DNA of 64,000 nucleotides, from the NCBI GenBank assembly GCA_964561545.1, contig CAZLQF010000006.1:177-64176 (forward strand), written 5' to 3'. The notes beneath the pieces are model-generated. The model saw nothing but the letters and a program-made list of their open reading frames with translations. It searched no databases and had not been told where the DNA came from. The DNA is from an uncultured Sphingobacteriales bacterium. Lineage in GTDB: Bacteria; Bacteroidota; Bacteroidia; CAILMK01; CAYYUA01. Position numbers and translations under genes: made by a program. Positions 1 to 9,790 of this stretch are shown here, in pieces; position 1 is the stretch's first letter; each line of letters starts with the position of its first letter.

Positions 1-578
1 CGATTGTTTTGATTAGTTGGCTTATCGGCAATAGCCTCTACTACTTGCATGCCTTGGATGACCTTGCCAAAAACCGTGTATTTACCATCCAAATGAGGGG
101 CGCCTCTTCGGTTTTCAACAATATAAAATTGGGAACCGTTGGATTTTCTTTGAGGATTTTGATTATCTCCTTTTCTGGCCGCTGCTACACTGCCGTATCT
201 ATGTTTTAAGCCGTCCTTGATCTCGGCTTCTAAGGTATAACCTGGACCACCATTCCCATCATTCGCAGGATTGTCATCTTTAGAATTTGGATCTCCACCC
301 TGTATCATAAAATCATCAATAACCCGGTGAAAGGTGGTGCTGTCATAAAATCCTTTTCCTACTAATTTCAGAAAGTTGTCCTTATGTTTCGGGGTAGCAT
401 CATAAAGCCAAATATGAACATCACCGAACTTGGTTTGGAGCTTAACAACTTCCCGCTGGTCTTTGCCATTGTTCTCACTAACATCTTCTTGATCGGATTT
501 AAAAAGCTGGCAAGCGGATGCCATAACCCCTATTATGAGCCCGCAAAAAATTTTTGTTGTTAGTTGACTTATGCTCAA
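1..578 (-). CDS. Cyclophilin-type peptidyl-prolyl cis-trans isomerase, probable lipoprotein; 3' end runs off the window; absent from the ORF track
   Basis: Manual translation from TTG at 578: MSISQLTTKIFCGLIIGVMASAC...FYDSTTFHRVIDDFMIQGGDP...NGSQFYIV...HLDGKYTVFGKV (cyclophilin motifs); lipobox-like ASAC; starts 3 nt after the secDF stop. Confidence 0.93.
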   Translation of the reverse strand, partial: MSISQLTTKIFCGLIIGVMASACQLFKSDQEDVSENNGKDQREVVKLQTKFGDVHIWLYDATPKHKDNFLKLVGKGFYDSTTFHRVIDDFMIQGGDPNSKDDNPANDGNGGPGYTLEAEIKDGLKHRYGSVAAARKGDNQNPQRKSNGSQFYIVENRRGAPHLDGKYTVFGKVIQGMQVVEAIADKPTNQNN

Positions 579-581
579 TAC

Positions 582-3500
582 TTAGTGCTTGTCTTTCTGT
601 AAGTCCATTACAATGGGTGAAGATACAAACAGTGAAGAGTAAGTACCCACAAGAATACCAATTAACAGAGCAAATGAAAATCCACGAATGAGCTCACCAC
701 CAAAAATAAACAGGATAAGTATCACTAAGATCGTAGTAAAAGATGTAACAAAAGTCCTGCTTAGGGTATCATTCAATGCTCTGTTGACGGTATCCACGAA
801 TGGATTCCGCTTAGAAATACTTAACCGCTCACGCATGCGGTCGAACACAACCACCGTATCGTTAATGGAGTAACCAACCACTGTAAGAATGGCTGCAATA
901 AATGCCTGATCAATTTCCATGGAAAAGGGCATAAAAGACCTTAATAGTGAGAATAAACCAAGAATGACCAACACATCGTGGAAAACTGCAGCAAGCGCTC
1001 CCAATCCATATTGCCATTTTCGAAACCTTAAAAATATGTACAAAAATATTACGATCAAAGAGAACAGTACTGCCCAAATGGCCGAAGTCCTTATATCTTC
1101 CGCTATGGTTGGCCCAACCTTTTGGGAACTCTTAACATTGTAATTAGGTCCTATTTGATTCAACCCCGCCGTTAAAGCACTTTTGACCTCTTCCGAAGTG
1201 CCTTCTGCAGTTTGTTCTATCTTATAATCAGTAGTTATTTTATATTCCCGGTCGGATCCAAAGGTTTTAACTTGAGGCATTCCGTCAAAAGGATTTTCAA
1301 GAGTGGATCTAATGTTGGTAGGCTTCACAGGTTTTTCAAAACTTACAATGTAGGAATATCCGCCTTTAAAATCAATCCCGTAGGTAAGCCCATGAAATAT
1401 CAGTGAAATTAAACCGGCACCAACAATAACGCCAGAAATCATGTAAGCCACTTTCCGTTTGGCTATAAAATCAAAGTTTAAGTTTTTAAATGCATTAATG
1501 GTTAAGGTGTTGCCATAATGGACAATTTTATCTTTTGCCAGTGCCCAATCAAAAATTAACCTCGTGATAAAGATAGCACTGAATAAGGAAGTTAAAATAC
1601 CAATAATGAGGATGATAGCAAATCCATGAATAGGACCAGAACCAAATGTATAAAGTATGATGGCAGTTAAGAGCGTAGTAAGGTTGGCATCTATAATTGA
1701 GGAATAAGCATTCCTATACCCATCAGCCACAGCAAGCCGGATTCCTTTACCTTCCTTAAGCTCTTCTCGAATCCGCTCAAATATTAGCACATTGGCATCG
1801 ACCGACATACCTATGGTAAGGACAATACCCGCCATACCCGGCAAGGTTAAGGCAGCGCCAAGTGAAGCTAAAACACCCATAATAAAGAACATATTAGCAA
1901 GCAAGGCAACGTTGGCTACCAAACCACCATGATTGTAGTAAAAACCCATGAAGATCAATACCAGAATCAATCCGGCTACCAATGACCATAATCCCGCTGT
2001 AATGGATTCCTGACCAAGCGAAGGACCAATTACGGATTCTTCCACAATGTTAATCGCAAGGGGAAGCTTACCGGATTCCAGTACGTTAGCCAGGTCATTG
2101 GCCTCCGTAGTTGTAAACCGTCCACTTATTACAGAATTACCACCTGAGATCTCAGCATTAACATTGGGAAAAGAATATACTCGATCATCCAACACAATGG
2201 CTATGCTTCGACCAATGTTATCACCGGTAAGGCGTTCCCATATCCTTGCACCCCTCGAATTCATTTGAATAGACACTTGCCTTTCTCCTTGTTTGGAGAT
2301 ATCTGTGCGAGCATCAGTAACTACTTGACCCGTTAAAGGAGGACTGCCATCTGCAGTTGTTACTTTAGCAGCTATTAGTTGATAAACATTGCGATCATCG
2401 CTGGCAGGTTTGGCAGACCAGAAAAGCCGAAGTTTCCTGGGCAATACGGATTGCACCTTTTCCATATTAAGGTATTCATTAACCTGGGCCGTATCCAAGC
2501 CCCTGGCGTAACCAACTACTGGCCCTTCTCGCGGGAAAGTACCTTGATCTGTTCTTCTAACAGCAGGTGTTAAAACACTAAAAAGCGGATTTTCCTGTCG
2601 AAATTCTTCTTCTGACAGATTTTGAGGAGCTGTATCCTGGGCAGCTGTATCCGTACCTGCTAAAAGATCGGTAGTATCTATTCCTTCTTGCCCTTCGTCA
2701 GCCATTGCCGAAGTATCTTCAGCTTCTTCTTCTCCTTCTCCAAAGAAGGGAACATCATCTGAGGCTGTATCTTGTTCATTGGAAGCCATTGTTGTATCAT
2801 CTTGCTTGTCAGATCTTTCGAGCTCCTCAACCCTGCGAATGACCTCATTGGCTTTCTGGATATTAGAAAGAATTTCTTCCGTTTCATAAGTTTCCCAAAA
2901 CTCAAGCTCTGCTGTTTCTTGCAATAAACTCCTGATCCTTTCAGGATTGTCAACTCCCGGAAGTTCTACAATGATCCTTCCAGGACCTGGTTGCTTTTGA
3001 ATATTAGGTTGGGATACGCCATATTGATCAACACGTGTACGTAATATGTTGTAAGTTCGATCTAATGCGTCTGATACTTCACTTCTTAAAAATTCTAAAA
3101 CTTCTTCATTGCTTGAATTATAACTTATATCATCTTTATTTTCCCGGGTAGCAAAAATGGCTGCAATTTGACCATCTGGCTCAAGTTCCTGAAAGGAATT
3201 GATAAACAAGGTTAGATAATCCTCTTGCGAATTTTTTTGCTTTTGCTCGGCCATGTTTAAAGCCTTCCTGAAATTTTCATCTTCATTGTTATTAGAAAGC
3301 TCGAGTAGGAGATCTTTGGTAGATATCTCTAATGTTATATGCATGCCGCCTTGCAAGTCCAAACCAAGGTTGAGCTCCCTTTGCAGGCATTCATTGTAGG
3401 TATATTCTTTGACGAGTAGATTGTAAACCGGCTCATGTCTAATAGAATCAAGAAACCTTTCTTTCTTTTCTACATTACCATCCGCATAATTTTCAGCCTT

Positions 3501-3599
3501 ATTTTCAATTACCGAAGTGACGATGGTAAAAGAAAGCTGATATAAGCAGACAATGATTAAGGCAACGGTGAAAAACTTAATGGCACCTTTACTTTTCAT
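582..3599 (-). CDS. secDF: Protein translocase subunit SecDF (fused)
   Basis: LNLGLDLQGG, IGPSLG, GMSVDANVLIFERIREE, GIDFKGG, GYSINDTVVVFDR motifs; 1005 aa. Confidence 0.98.
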   Translation of the reverse strand: MKSKGAIKFFTVALIIVCLYQLSFTIVTSVIENKAENYADGNVEKKERFLDSIRHEPVYNLLVKEYTYNECLQRELNLGLDLQGGMHITLEISTKDLLLELSNNNEDENFRKALNMAEQKQKNSQEDYLTLFINSFQELEPDGQIAAIFATRENKDDISYNSSNEEVLEFLRSEVSDALDRTYNILRTRVDQYGVSQPNIQKQPGPGRIIVELPGVDNPERIRSLLQETAELEFWETYETEEILSNIQKANEVIRRVEELERSDKQDDTTMASNEQDTASDDVPFFGEGEEEAEDTSAMADEGQEGIDTTDLLAGTDTAAQDTAPQNLSEEEFRQENPLFSVLTPAVRRTDQGTFPREGPVVGYARGLDTAQVNEYLNMEKVQSVLPRKLRLFWSAKPASDDRNVYQLIAAKVTTADGSPPLTGQVVTDARTDISKQGERQVSIQMNSRGARIWERLTGDNIGRSIAIVLDDRVYSFPNVNAEISGGNSVISGRFTTTEANDLANVLESGKLPLAINIVEESVIGPSLGQESITAGLWSLVAGLILVLIFMGFYYNHGGLVANVALLANMFFIMGVLASLGAALTLPGMAGIVLTIGMSVDANVLIFERIREELKEGKGIRLAVADGYRNAYSSIIDANLTTLLTAIILYTFGSGPIHGFAIILIIGILTSLFSAIFITRLIFDWALAKDKIVHYGNTLTINAFKNLNFDFIAKRKVAYMISGVIVGAGLISLIFHGLTYGIDFKGGYSYIVSFEKPVKPTNIRSTLENPFDGMPQVKTFGSDREYKITTDYKIEQTAEGTSEEVKSALTAGLNQIGPNYNVKSSQKVGPTIAEDIRTSAIWAVLFSLIVIFLYIFLRFRKWQYGLGALAAVFHDVLVILGLFSLLRSFMPFSMEIDQAFIAAILTVVGYSINDTVVVFDRMRERLSISKRNPFVDTVNRALNDTLSRTFVTSFTTILVILILFIFGGELIRGFSFALLIGILVGTYSSLFVSSPIVMDLQKDKH

Positions 3600-3748
3600 A
3601 AAAAGTTATTTAATTGGTTTTTTAGATCTCTATAGATTATTGAAAATCAGAAAATAATGCTAATTTTTCCCGAGTTTGACTGGCAAATTTACATTAAGGC
3701 AGTCTATTTAACAACCTCAAGAGGACTTATCTATGCGTTAAAGCTTAG

Positions 3749-3756
3749 CAAATGTA
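3749..3756 (-). promoter_or_regulatory. Candidate Bacteroidota sigma70 -7 box (TACATTTG) for secDF; second candidate TAAATTTG at 3684-3691
   Basis: Matches the TAnnTTTG consensus upstream of secDF. Confidence 0.5.
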
Positions 3757-3970
3757 AATTTCTATGAAAATGTTTGAGCAGAATAAAAGTGTTAATGTTG
3801 GTATCCCTATAAGCTTAATCAAGCTTAGTAGGAAAATTTGGCAAACTTTTTTGCGTCAGCCTTAAATAGTACAACAAGGCCAATTGCCTGAAAACCATTA
3901 ACTAAAACTTGATACTTAAACAATGAGACTCGAAAGGATTAAATGATTGTTGTCTTGAGTTTAAAGAGGG

Positions 3971-4765
3971 TCAGTTTTGAAATCTCAAACCGAAATTAAA
4001 GGTTCTGCCCGCTCCCTGGTTTTTACCTGCTGTAAAATCAGTATAAAGTAGTTCAACCTCTAAAGAATTGGTGAGCTGGTATTTAACACCAAGACCATTT
4101 TGGTTATAGGCTGATGACCATAAATCATCACCCCAGGTAGGATTAAACTCGGTCATGGCATAAGCCGACCAGCGATCGAAGAAAAAGTAGGAAAAGAAGG
4201 CTTTTACCGGTGTTCGAAATGCACTTGTGGCATCAGTCAATTCATCTTCTCCCATGCGCCAATAAGCATCCAATTCCCCAAACAACTGAAAATCACTACC
4301 AATGTTATACACAAAAAAATTTTCAACCCAAAACTCATATTGGCCAGCTGCCAAATAAGGGCGGTCATGATCTATTCCTTTTTGGTCAGAGGCGATGGGT
4401 ATGAAAAAACCTGCTTCTATGGTATATTGATCCCAGCCTTCAAATGGCTGCCATTTAATCTTTGGCAATACAGCATTGAAGGCATGATGGGCATTTTGGT
4501 TTTTTTGAAATTCTAATATTTCTGCCGGTAGATTTTCCTTTTTATGGTTAAGCACTGCTTTGTAAAAGACATCTGCGCCAATGTTGACCCTGTTATCTAA
4601 TCCGTAAAGTATTTCCAGGCTACCCGTGTAAAAAGTGGACCTCTGGTCAAATTCCTCAATTTCCCAATTCCGATCAAACTTTTGTGTTTGGGTGTAAATG
4701 TTTTGGAAGAGTTTTATTTCAACACTTCCCCGATCAAGGATATACCCGGTTGCTTGCCGGATCAA
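3971..4765 (-). CDS. Outer-membrane beta-barrel-like ORF without a signal peptide; probably the C-terminal domain of a frameshift fusion with the upstream DUF547 gene
   Basis: Amphipathic strands (SLEILYGLDNRVNIGADVFY, GLGVKYQLTNSLEVELLY); C-terminal TFNFGLRFQN resembles a beta-signal; weak TTG start; frame stays open upstream to the A9 run at 4805-4813. Confidence 0.7.
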   Translation of the reverse strand: MIRQATGYILDRGSVEIKLFQNIYTQTQKFDRNWEIEEFDQRSTFYTGSLEILYGLDNRVNIGADVFYKAVLNHKKENLPAEILEFQKNQNAHHAFNAVLPKIKWQPFEGWDQYTIEAGFFIPIASDQKGIDHDRPYLAAGQYEFWVENFFVYNIGSDFQLFGELDAYWRMGEDELTDATSAFRTPVKAFFSYFFFDRWSAYAMTEFNPTWGDDLWSSAYNQNGLGVKYQLTNSLEVELLYTDFTAGKNQGAGRTFNFGLRFQN

Positions 4766-4800
4766 ATCAGAGTTATTAGAAGAAGAGGTAGCCTTATTTT

Positions 4801-5529
4801 TTACTTTTTTTTTATTTCATTAAGCGACCAATCGTACTCATAATAGCTAATTTGCATATCAGTGGGTAATGGGCTCTTTCGGTGCTCATTTAAATATTCA
4901 AGGAGATTGTTGGCTTCATTTAAAAAATCTTGCCGGTACCATTTAAATATTTTAGAGATTTCAACCATCCTATCTCGAGACTTAACCCTGATAAAATTCT
5001 GATCACCCAATGCAAGTTCCGTTTGCTGAGCTAATTGTTGATCCAAATTTTTAGGCTTAAAAGCCCCGGATTTTAGTGGAGGGCAACCATTAGCAGCACA
5101 AACGAGGGCAAAATGCAACCTGGAATCGCTGTAATTTTGATAAAGCGTTCCTTTTTCAATATTATCTAATGTCATAGATTTACCCGCAACGGTATGTTCA
5201 ATACCATCAAAAAAACCTTTAATATCATTTGGAGATTCCACAGGATAATGGTTGATAATGGAATTAATGGTTAATATATTGTAAGCATTAAGGTAAAAAG
5301 CTTTTTTCGTATTGTTATGGACTTGGGGTAGTTGAGCTTCTTCAATGTAATTGACCAATCGATTAAGTTGCTTAGGGTTGGTTTTAATGGCTGAATAGTT
5401 TACCTTTCCATCTATCACGTATTTTTCAAAAAAATGATCTGCTTCTTTGAAAAAATCATCTGATTGGGCATTGGCTGGTAAAATCAGCACAACCAATAAA
5501 CCAACCAACAATGAGGTTACAATTTTCAT
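4801..5529 (-). CDS. DUF547 domain protein with signal peptide
   Basis: AFYLNAYN, RLHFALVCAANGCPPL, SKIFKWYRQDF, YDWSLN motifs; hydrophobic N-terminus ending ANA-Q. Confidence 0.92.
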   Translation of the reverse strand: MKIVTSLLVGLLVVLILPANAQSDDFFKEADHFFEKYVIDGKVNYSAIKTNPKQLNRLVNYIEEAQLPQVHNNTKKAFYLNAYNILTINSIINHYPVESPNDIKGFFDGIEHTVAGKSMTLDNIEKGTLYQNYSDSRLHFALVCAANGCPPLKSGAFKPKNLDQQLAQQTELALGDQNFIRVKSRDRMVEISKIFKWYRQDFLNEANNLLEYLNEHRKSPLPTDMQISYYEYDWSLNEIKKK

Positions 5530-5645
5530 AGTAATTGATTTGTTTGCAATCCAATTTTACAAATACCTTGCTAATTTGAAATTTTTGTAGCATAAATTTT
5601 GTCGGTTAGCAAACTAAAAACCTTGATTACTGTAACGTAAGCAAT

Positions 5646-5930
5646 ATGGCATCGAACCAACAACACAACAAGCATCGAAAACCAAGTAAGCCCAAAGAGG
5701 ACCCGGATATAGAGGATGTGGAAGCAGAAGACGTAGATGGCAATGCAGCAGAAGACCCATTCAAACAATTTAACCATGGAAGGAACTTTCAATTCCGGCT
5801 ATCGGGATGTTTAGGTGGCCTAATAGCATTAGTTATAGCCGCAGTTTTGTTTTTTGTATTCCTGCCATTGGGCATTGTCTTAATTATTGGGGTCATGGGC
5901 TATTATAGCTGGAAGTTGAGGAGGCGGTAA
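5646..5930 (+). CDS. Small hypothetical membrane protein
   Basis: ATG start, charged N-terminus, C-terminal hydrophobic hairpin and basic tail. Confidence 0.7.
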   Translation: MASNQQHNKHRKPSKPKEDPDIEDVEAEDVDGNAAEDPFKQFNHGRNFQFRLSGCLGGLIALVIAAVLFFVFLPLGIVLIIGVMGYYSWKLRRR

Positions 5931-5952
5931 ATGATAGCCTCAACCTGGATAA

Positions 5953-6150
5953 TCAGGCTATTTTAGTTAAAAAAGTCGAATTCGAATCTCGATACCGAAC
6001 AGTATAATTTACCGGCCTGGCAAACGTATCCGTGAAAGCCAATTTTACTTTTACAGCACTGCCATCTCCGAAATATATTTTAACACTGCCTTTAGGTGCA
6101 CCATCAGTAATGAAGGTTCTGTTGGTCGGTAGGTATATAATTTTTTGTTC
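5953..6150 (-). pseudogene. Possible PKD-domain gene remnant
   Basis: Open stretch with no upstream start: ...GSVKIYFGDGSAVKVKLAFTDTFARPVNYTVRY...; resembles the PKD WxFGDG...HTY..PG.YTV pattern. Confidence 0.3.
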
Positions 6151-6543
6151 TTAAAAGTAAAATAACCGGATTCCTATTCAACTTGCCCATGTGAAACAGT
6201 ATAAACTCAAACCATCGCTTTTAAAATTTTTTGCTATACAAAGCATGAATGCTTAATAGTATATAACAACATTTAGGATACCCCCAAGCAATTTTATTTT
6301 AAAAGTTTAGAATTGGCTGCTAAAAAGAAATAATTCTAAAAAGGAATACGACAGCAGTGCAAAGAAAAATTGGCAAACCAACCAAATCCCTTTCACCAAC
6401 GTTCCAGCTAAAAAACTTTTAGCCAGCAGAAAACCCTATTTCCAAGTATTTCTTTTGCATTTCAACTTTATTTATTGATTGCAGGCATCGTTAATACTTA
6501 CAATTCTACCACCCTTATTAACTCTTTCTCAAATAATTTCCCG

Positions 6544-8082
6544 CTATGGAAACAACCTTCCCATCATCCTTGGAAATGGAATGGCCTCTCGTACGTGGTC
6601 TAAATGGCAAATCCAAGAAACGAACCTTGCCAAACCAAGCCCAAAACCAGCATGGGGAACAGAGCCATACCTTCTTAAATCCAAATACCACTCAAATGCA
6701 TCCATTGGTAAATTGTGACGCTTAATGGCTTCAATAAGCTTGTCCTTGTCAGTTTCCCGCTCAGAACCCCCGATAATCTCACCATAGCCTTCCGGCGCGA
6801 GTACATCAACACCTTTTACAAGGTTGTCGTTATCTTCTGTTTCCTTCATGTAAAAAGCTTTAATGTCCTTGGGCCAGTTATAAATCATGATGGGCGTCTT
6901 AAACAGGCGCGTTAAAACAGTTTCATCCGAACCGCCAAAATCTTCACCGTATTCGAAATTCCTGGCCGACTCAATCCAATGCGGTAAATTGCGTTCATCT
7001 TCCTCAAGGTCTTTAAGCTCTACTTTCAGTTGACGGATTTGTTCTTTGTACTGGTTGATCTTACCTTTCTTCAAACCTCCACCTTTTAACTCATTTTCGA
7101 GCTCTTCAATTTCATTCCTTACCTCTTCAATGCGATTCTTGGTAAACCTGAGATCACCTTCAATGGTCTGGATGGTATTTTTGCCATTAACCTCCTGCTC
7201 ACCTCTTAAAATTTCTACCGCATCATCATAGGTAATCCTGGCAAAAGGTTCTTGAACATTTTCCAGGCTTGTGGTATCCCTGCCCAATTGTTCAAGTTCA
7301 AACTGGCAATTGTTCAATACAGAACTAATAACATATTGAAGGAAACCCTCGATGAGGTTCATGGTCTTTTCCAAATCATAAAAGGCCATTTCAGGCTCGA
7401 TCATCCAAAACTCTGACAAATGGCGCCTTGTTTTGGACTTTTCAGCCCGAAAGGTTGGACCGAATGTATAAATCTTACCCATTGCCATGCACATGGCTTC
7501 GCCGTAGAGTTGGCCTGTTTGGGCAAGGTAACCGGGCTGGTCAAAGAAATCGGTTTCAAAAAGGTCGGTCGTCCCTTCTGCCGCATTGCCCGTAAAAATG
7601 GGCGAGTCCATTTTCATAAAATCATTTTCATGGAAAAAGGAGTGAATTGCAAATATAATCTGATTGCGAATCCGCATAATGGACCATTGGCGCTTGGACC
7701 TAAGCCAAAGATGCCGGTTGTCAAGTAGAAAATCCACCCCATGTTCTTTTTTGCCCAGTGGGTATTCTTCTGCTTGTTGATAAACTTCAAGGTTCGATGC
7801 ATGAAGCTCGTAACCCCCGATTTGGCCTTCATCTTTAACCACGTGGGCCTCTACGTAAACTGAACTTTCAAGCTTTAGATGCTTGGCATTTTCAAATTGC
7901 TCTTCACCAACTTCGTCTAAGCTAACAACACATTGCGAAAACCCAGTCCCGTCCCGAAGGACCAAGAAAATCAACTTTTTGCTGTTCCGCCTGTTGGCCA
8001 CCCATCCATTGATGGCTACGGTTTCACCTTCATGATACTTTAAATATTTAAGGTTGGTTGTATTTTGGTCTTTGAGTTTCAT
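6544..8082 (-). CDS. asnS: Asparagine--tRNA ligase with a coiled-coil insertion
   Basis: OB fold (GWV..RR...FLVLRDGTG), motif 2 FRAEKSKTRRHLSEFWMIEPE, motif 3 YGSVPHAGFGLG. Confidence 0.97.
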   Translation of the reverse strand: MKLKDQNTTNLKYLKYHEGETVAINGWVANRRNSKKLIFLVLRDGTGFSQCVVSLDEVGEEQFENAKHLKLESSVYVEAHVVKDEGQIGGYELHASNLEVYQQAEEYPLGKKEHGVDFLLDNRHLWLRSKRQWSIMRIRNQIIFAIHSFFHENDFMKMDSPIFTGNAAEGTTDLFETDFFDQPGYLAQTGQLYGEAMCMAMGKIYTFGPTFRAEKSKTRRHLSEFWMIEPEMAFYDLEKTMNLIEGFLQYVISSVLNNCQFELEQLGRDTTSLENVQEPFARITYDDAVEILRGEQEVNGKNTIQTIEGDLRFTKNRIEEVRNEIEELENELKGGGLKKGKINQYKEQIRQLKVELKDLEEDERNLPHWIESARNFEYGEDFGGSDETVLTRLFKTPIMIYNWPKDIKAFYMKETEDNDNLVKGVDVLAPEGYGEIIGGSERETDKDKLIEAIKRHNLPMDAFEWYLDLRRYGSVPHAGFGLGLARFVSWICHLDHVREAIPFPRMMGRLFP

Positions 8083-8172
8083 TAGCCTTGAAATTTTATA
8101 AATTTTATTAGCCGAAAGTAAATTCTTTGCTTCAATTTTGCGTTAAGGAGATGATAAAATAAGCATACAAAG

Positions 8173-9624
8173 ATGTTAAAACAGGGGCTTAATCAAAAAT
8201 TACTGCAAAAATTATCCCCCCAACAAATACAATTCATTCAGCTACTTCAACTCAACAGCTCGGAGTTTGAGCAGCGTTTGGAAGAAGAACTTGAGGAAAA
8301 TCCGGCACTCGAAGATGGAACAACAGCTGAAGAAACGGAAGAAAACCAGGAATTTGAGCAACAGGAAGAAAATGAAAGCCCTACTGAAGAAGGCGAAATT
8401 GAAGAATTTGACATAGCAGATTACTTACCCCGTGATGAGGGAGGAATGGACGATTACATGCCTACTGACCCCGATGAAGAGGAGAAAGAGGTACCAATGG
8501 TCAACCGGTTATCACTTTATGAGAACCTCGAGCAACAATTAGGGGCCACTGAACTATCTGAAAGGGAAGAAAATTTGGCACGTCATCTAATCGGAACCAT
8601 AGAAGAAGATGGCTACCTAAGAAGACCGCTTAAGAGCATAGCATATGACCTTGCTTTTCTTCATAACATCCGTACCAATGAAGAGGAACTTCATCAAGTC
8701 ATCAAAATCGTCCAAAGCTTTGATCCTCCTGGTGTTGGTGCAAGGGACTTGAGAGAGTGCATGCTTATTCAGCTTGAGCGAAAGCAAGAGCAGGATGAAA
8801 ATGTGGAATTGGCCAAGCAAGTGGTATCCAACTACATGAAACACCTTGCCAATAAGCATTATGAAAAACTGATGAAAGCCCTAAAAATTGACCGGGACCA
8901 ACTCAAAGAAGTTTTAGAGGTCATTACGCACCTAAATCCCAAACCGGGAGAAGGCAGCCAAAACCTAAAGGCCCAATACATCAATCCTGATTTCATTGTA
9001 ACAAATTTAAGCGGAGAATTACAGGTATCTTTGAATTCCAAAAACGCGCCTTCTTTAAAAATCAGTCCAAGTTACCAGGAAACATTGCAAGGATTTAAAG
9101 AAACCAAAAAAAGGGATAAAAAACTCAAGGAACAAGTCCAGTTTATCAAACAAAAGCTTGACAGTGCTAAATGGTTCATTGATGCCGTTAAGCAACGCCA
9201 GCAAACCTTGCTCATGACCATGCGCACCATTGTCGATTTTCAAAAAGACTTTTTTTACAGCGGCGATTTTTACAAACTCAAACCGATGGTGCTGAAGGAT
9301 ATTGCCGATCGCATCGATATGGACATCTCAACGGTTTCCAGGGTAGCCAGCAGTAAGTATGTACAAACAGACTTTGGCATATTCTCCTTAAAAGAATTCT
9401 TCTCAGAAGGCATTCAAACCGAACAAGGGGATGAAGTTTCCAACCGTGAGGTAAAACAGATCCTTGAAGACATCATAGGCAATGAAGATAAGAATAAACC
9501 TTATACAGATGAAAGACTAACGCAAATGCTCAATGAGCAAGGTTACAATGTGGCCCGAAGAACAATAGCCAAATATCGCGAACAAATGGGCATTCAAGTG
9601 GCAAGGATGAGGAAAACGTTGTAA
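8173..9624 (+). CDS. rpoN: RNA polymerase sigma-54 factor
   Basis: Gln/Leu-rich region I, ISTVSRV HTH, RpoN box ARRTIAKYRE. Confidence 0.98.
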   Translation: MLKQGLNQKLLQKLSPQQIQFIQLLQLNSSEFEQRLEEELEENPALEDGTTAEETEENQEFEQQEENESPTEEGEIEEFDIADYLPRDEGGMDDYMPTDPDEEEKEVPMVNRLSLYENLEQQLGATELSEREENLARHLIGTIEEDGYLRRPLKSIAYDLAFLHNIRTNEEELHQVIKIVQSFDPPGVGARDLRECMLIQLERKQEQDENVELAKQVVSNYMKHLANKHYEKLMKALKIDRDQLKEVLEVITHLNPKPGEGSQNLKAQYINPDFIVTNLSGELQVSLNSKNAPSLKISPSYQETLQGFKETKKRDKKLKEQVQFIKQKLDSAKWFIDAVKQRQQTLLMTMRTIVDFQKDFFYSGDFYKLKPMVLKDIADRIDMDISTVSRVASSKYVQTDFGIFSLKEFFSEGIQTEQGDEVSNREVKQILEDIIGNEDKNKPYTDERLTQMLNEQGYNVARRTIAKYREQMGIQVARMRKTL

Positions 9625-9790
9625 AGTTATTGCAATAAATAGTACAAGTTGTTAGCGCGTAGAATGAAGTAGAATTGTAATAACAACGAGGAAAAATACC
9701 AATTCGATTGCTCCACAAATGGGTTGAGTGACCCGTTTTCCTTAGCGCAAAATCAAATTTAAAAGCCGGCAGCTAAAAATCAACCAAAAT

